The notes under the pieces were generated by a model. It was not told the origin of the DNA. It saw only the letters and a program-made list of their open reading frames with translations, and did not search any database. The translations under genes and the position numbers were made by a program. Shown in pieces: positions 26,342-26,915 of a stretch of 26,915 bases of DNA. Positions within the stretch are counted from its first letter, which is position 1, and each line of letters starts with the position of its first letter. The stretch is from a virus (Duplodnaviria > Heunggongvirae > Uroviricota > Caudoviricetes): IMG/VR virus record IMGVR_UViG_3300042892_004104; one strand, written 5' to 3'.

Positions 26342-26914
26342 ATGGCCAATCCGCCACCACCATACGACAACATTACCGGCATTTCACGTGCCGCAATGAA
26401 GGACAATGCTCAAACCAGCATTGTTGACTACGACGGTAATGCCAGACCCGGTGAACTTGTGGTGGATCAAACCACAACCATCTTGTACATAGGCAATGCA
26501 CTGGGCGAACTCACAGCAGTGGCCACACCGTCGGGTGCAACAACCTGGGCACTGTTGAGCAACAAAGATGGTGCCGCAGGACCCACTATCATAGCCCTGG
26601 GCCAAAATGCTGGGTTTGACGGTCAGGCCAATGCTGCCATAGCCCTGGGTGAGGCAGCCGGTGCGGGAGGCCAAAATTCAGCAGCAATTGCAATTGGACA
26701 AAATGCCGGGGCCAACACCACCCAAGGCTCGAGTGCTGTGGCCATTGGTGTCTCAACTGGATTTGATGCTCAAGGCCAGTACGGCGTGGCTATTGGTGCA
26801 TTTACTGCAACAACTTTGCAAGGTGCTCGATCAGTGGCCATTGGACTCAGTAGTGGCCAAACCACACAAGGCACTGACGCTGTGGCCATAGGTCAATATG
26901 CTGGCAACGAAGTA
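26342..26914 (+). CDS. Fibre/adhesin-like protein with YadA-head-like (A/V)AIGxxAG repeats (partial, runs off the window)
   Basis: Open frame from ATG 26342 (MANPPPPYDNITGISR...). Repeats of about 16 aa: IALGQNAG, IALGEAAG, IAIGQNAG, VAIGVSTG, VAIGAFTA, VAIGLSSG, VAIGQYAG. Confidence 0.8.
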   Translation, partial: MANPPPPYDNITGISRAAMKDNAQTSIVDYDGNARPGELVVDQTTTILYIGNALGELTAVATPSGATTWALLSNKDGAAGPTIIALGQNAGFDGQANAAIALGEAAGAGGQNSAAIAIGQNAGANTTQGSSAVAIGVSTGFDAQGQYGVAIGAFTATTLQGARSVAIGLSSGQTTQGTDAVAIGQYAGNEV

Positions 26915-26915
26915 C

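Noticed and set aside
26649-26891. 80 aa ORF in the track
   Set aside because: It is an alternate frame of the partial repeat-containing gene that starts at 26342.
1-26915. Stop-codon reassignment, tRNA genes, introns or inteins
   Set aside because: Genes are full length and densely packed under the standard code, with TAA, TGA and TAG all used as stops. Intergenic gaps are short, and I saw no cloverleaf or splicing motifs.

Overview
This window is part of a large T4-like (myovirus) bacteriophage genome, covering the neck, tail and head-completion region. Recognisable genes are gp13-, gp14- and gp15-like neck/terminator proteins, tail sheath (gp18), tail tube (gp19), a tube-family/gp54-like protein, head completion nuclease (gp4), a probable small terminase (gp16) and several fibre/structural proteins. 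Early or accessory genes are interleaved: a NUDIX hydrolase, a DEDDh exonuclease, an AT-rich fatty acid desaturase, a dNMP-kinase-like protein and a degenerate HNH/Zn protein. Both sigma70-type promoters and T4-type late promoters (TAAATA) are visible. The most notable unannotated signals are: (1) a perfect hairpin over the gp13 ribosome-binding site with a late promoter inside its 5' arm, suggesting a temporal translation switch; (2) an apparent ATT start codon for gp15; (3) a cluster of probable head-internal proteins with capsid-targeting-like leaders, two of which look like modular polyproteins punctuated by prohead-protease-type sites; (4) repeated leaderless promoter-to-start geometry. 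All family assignments come from motif recognition and synteny; no database search was run.
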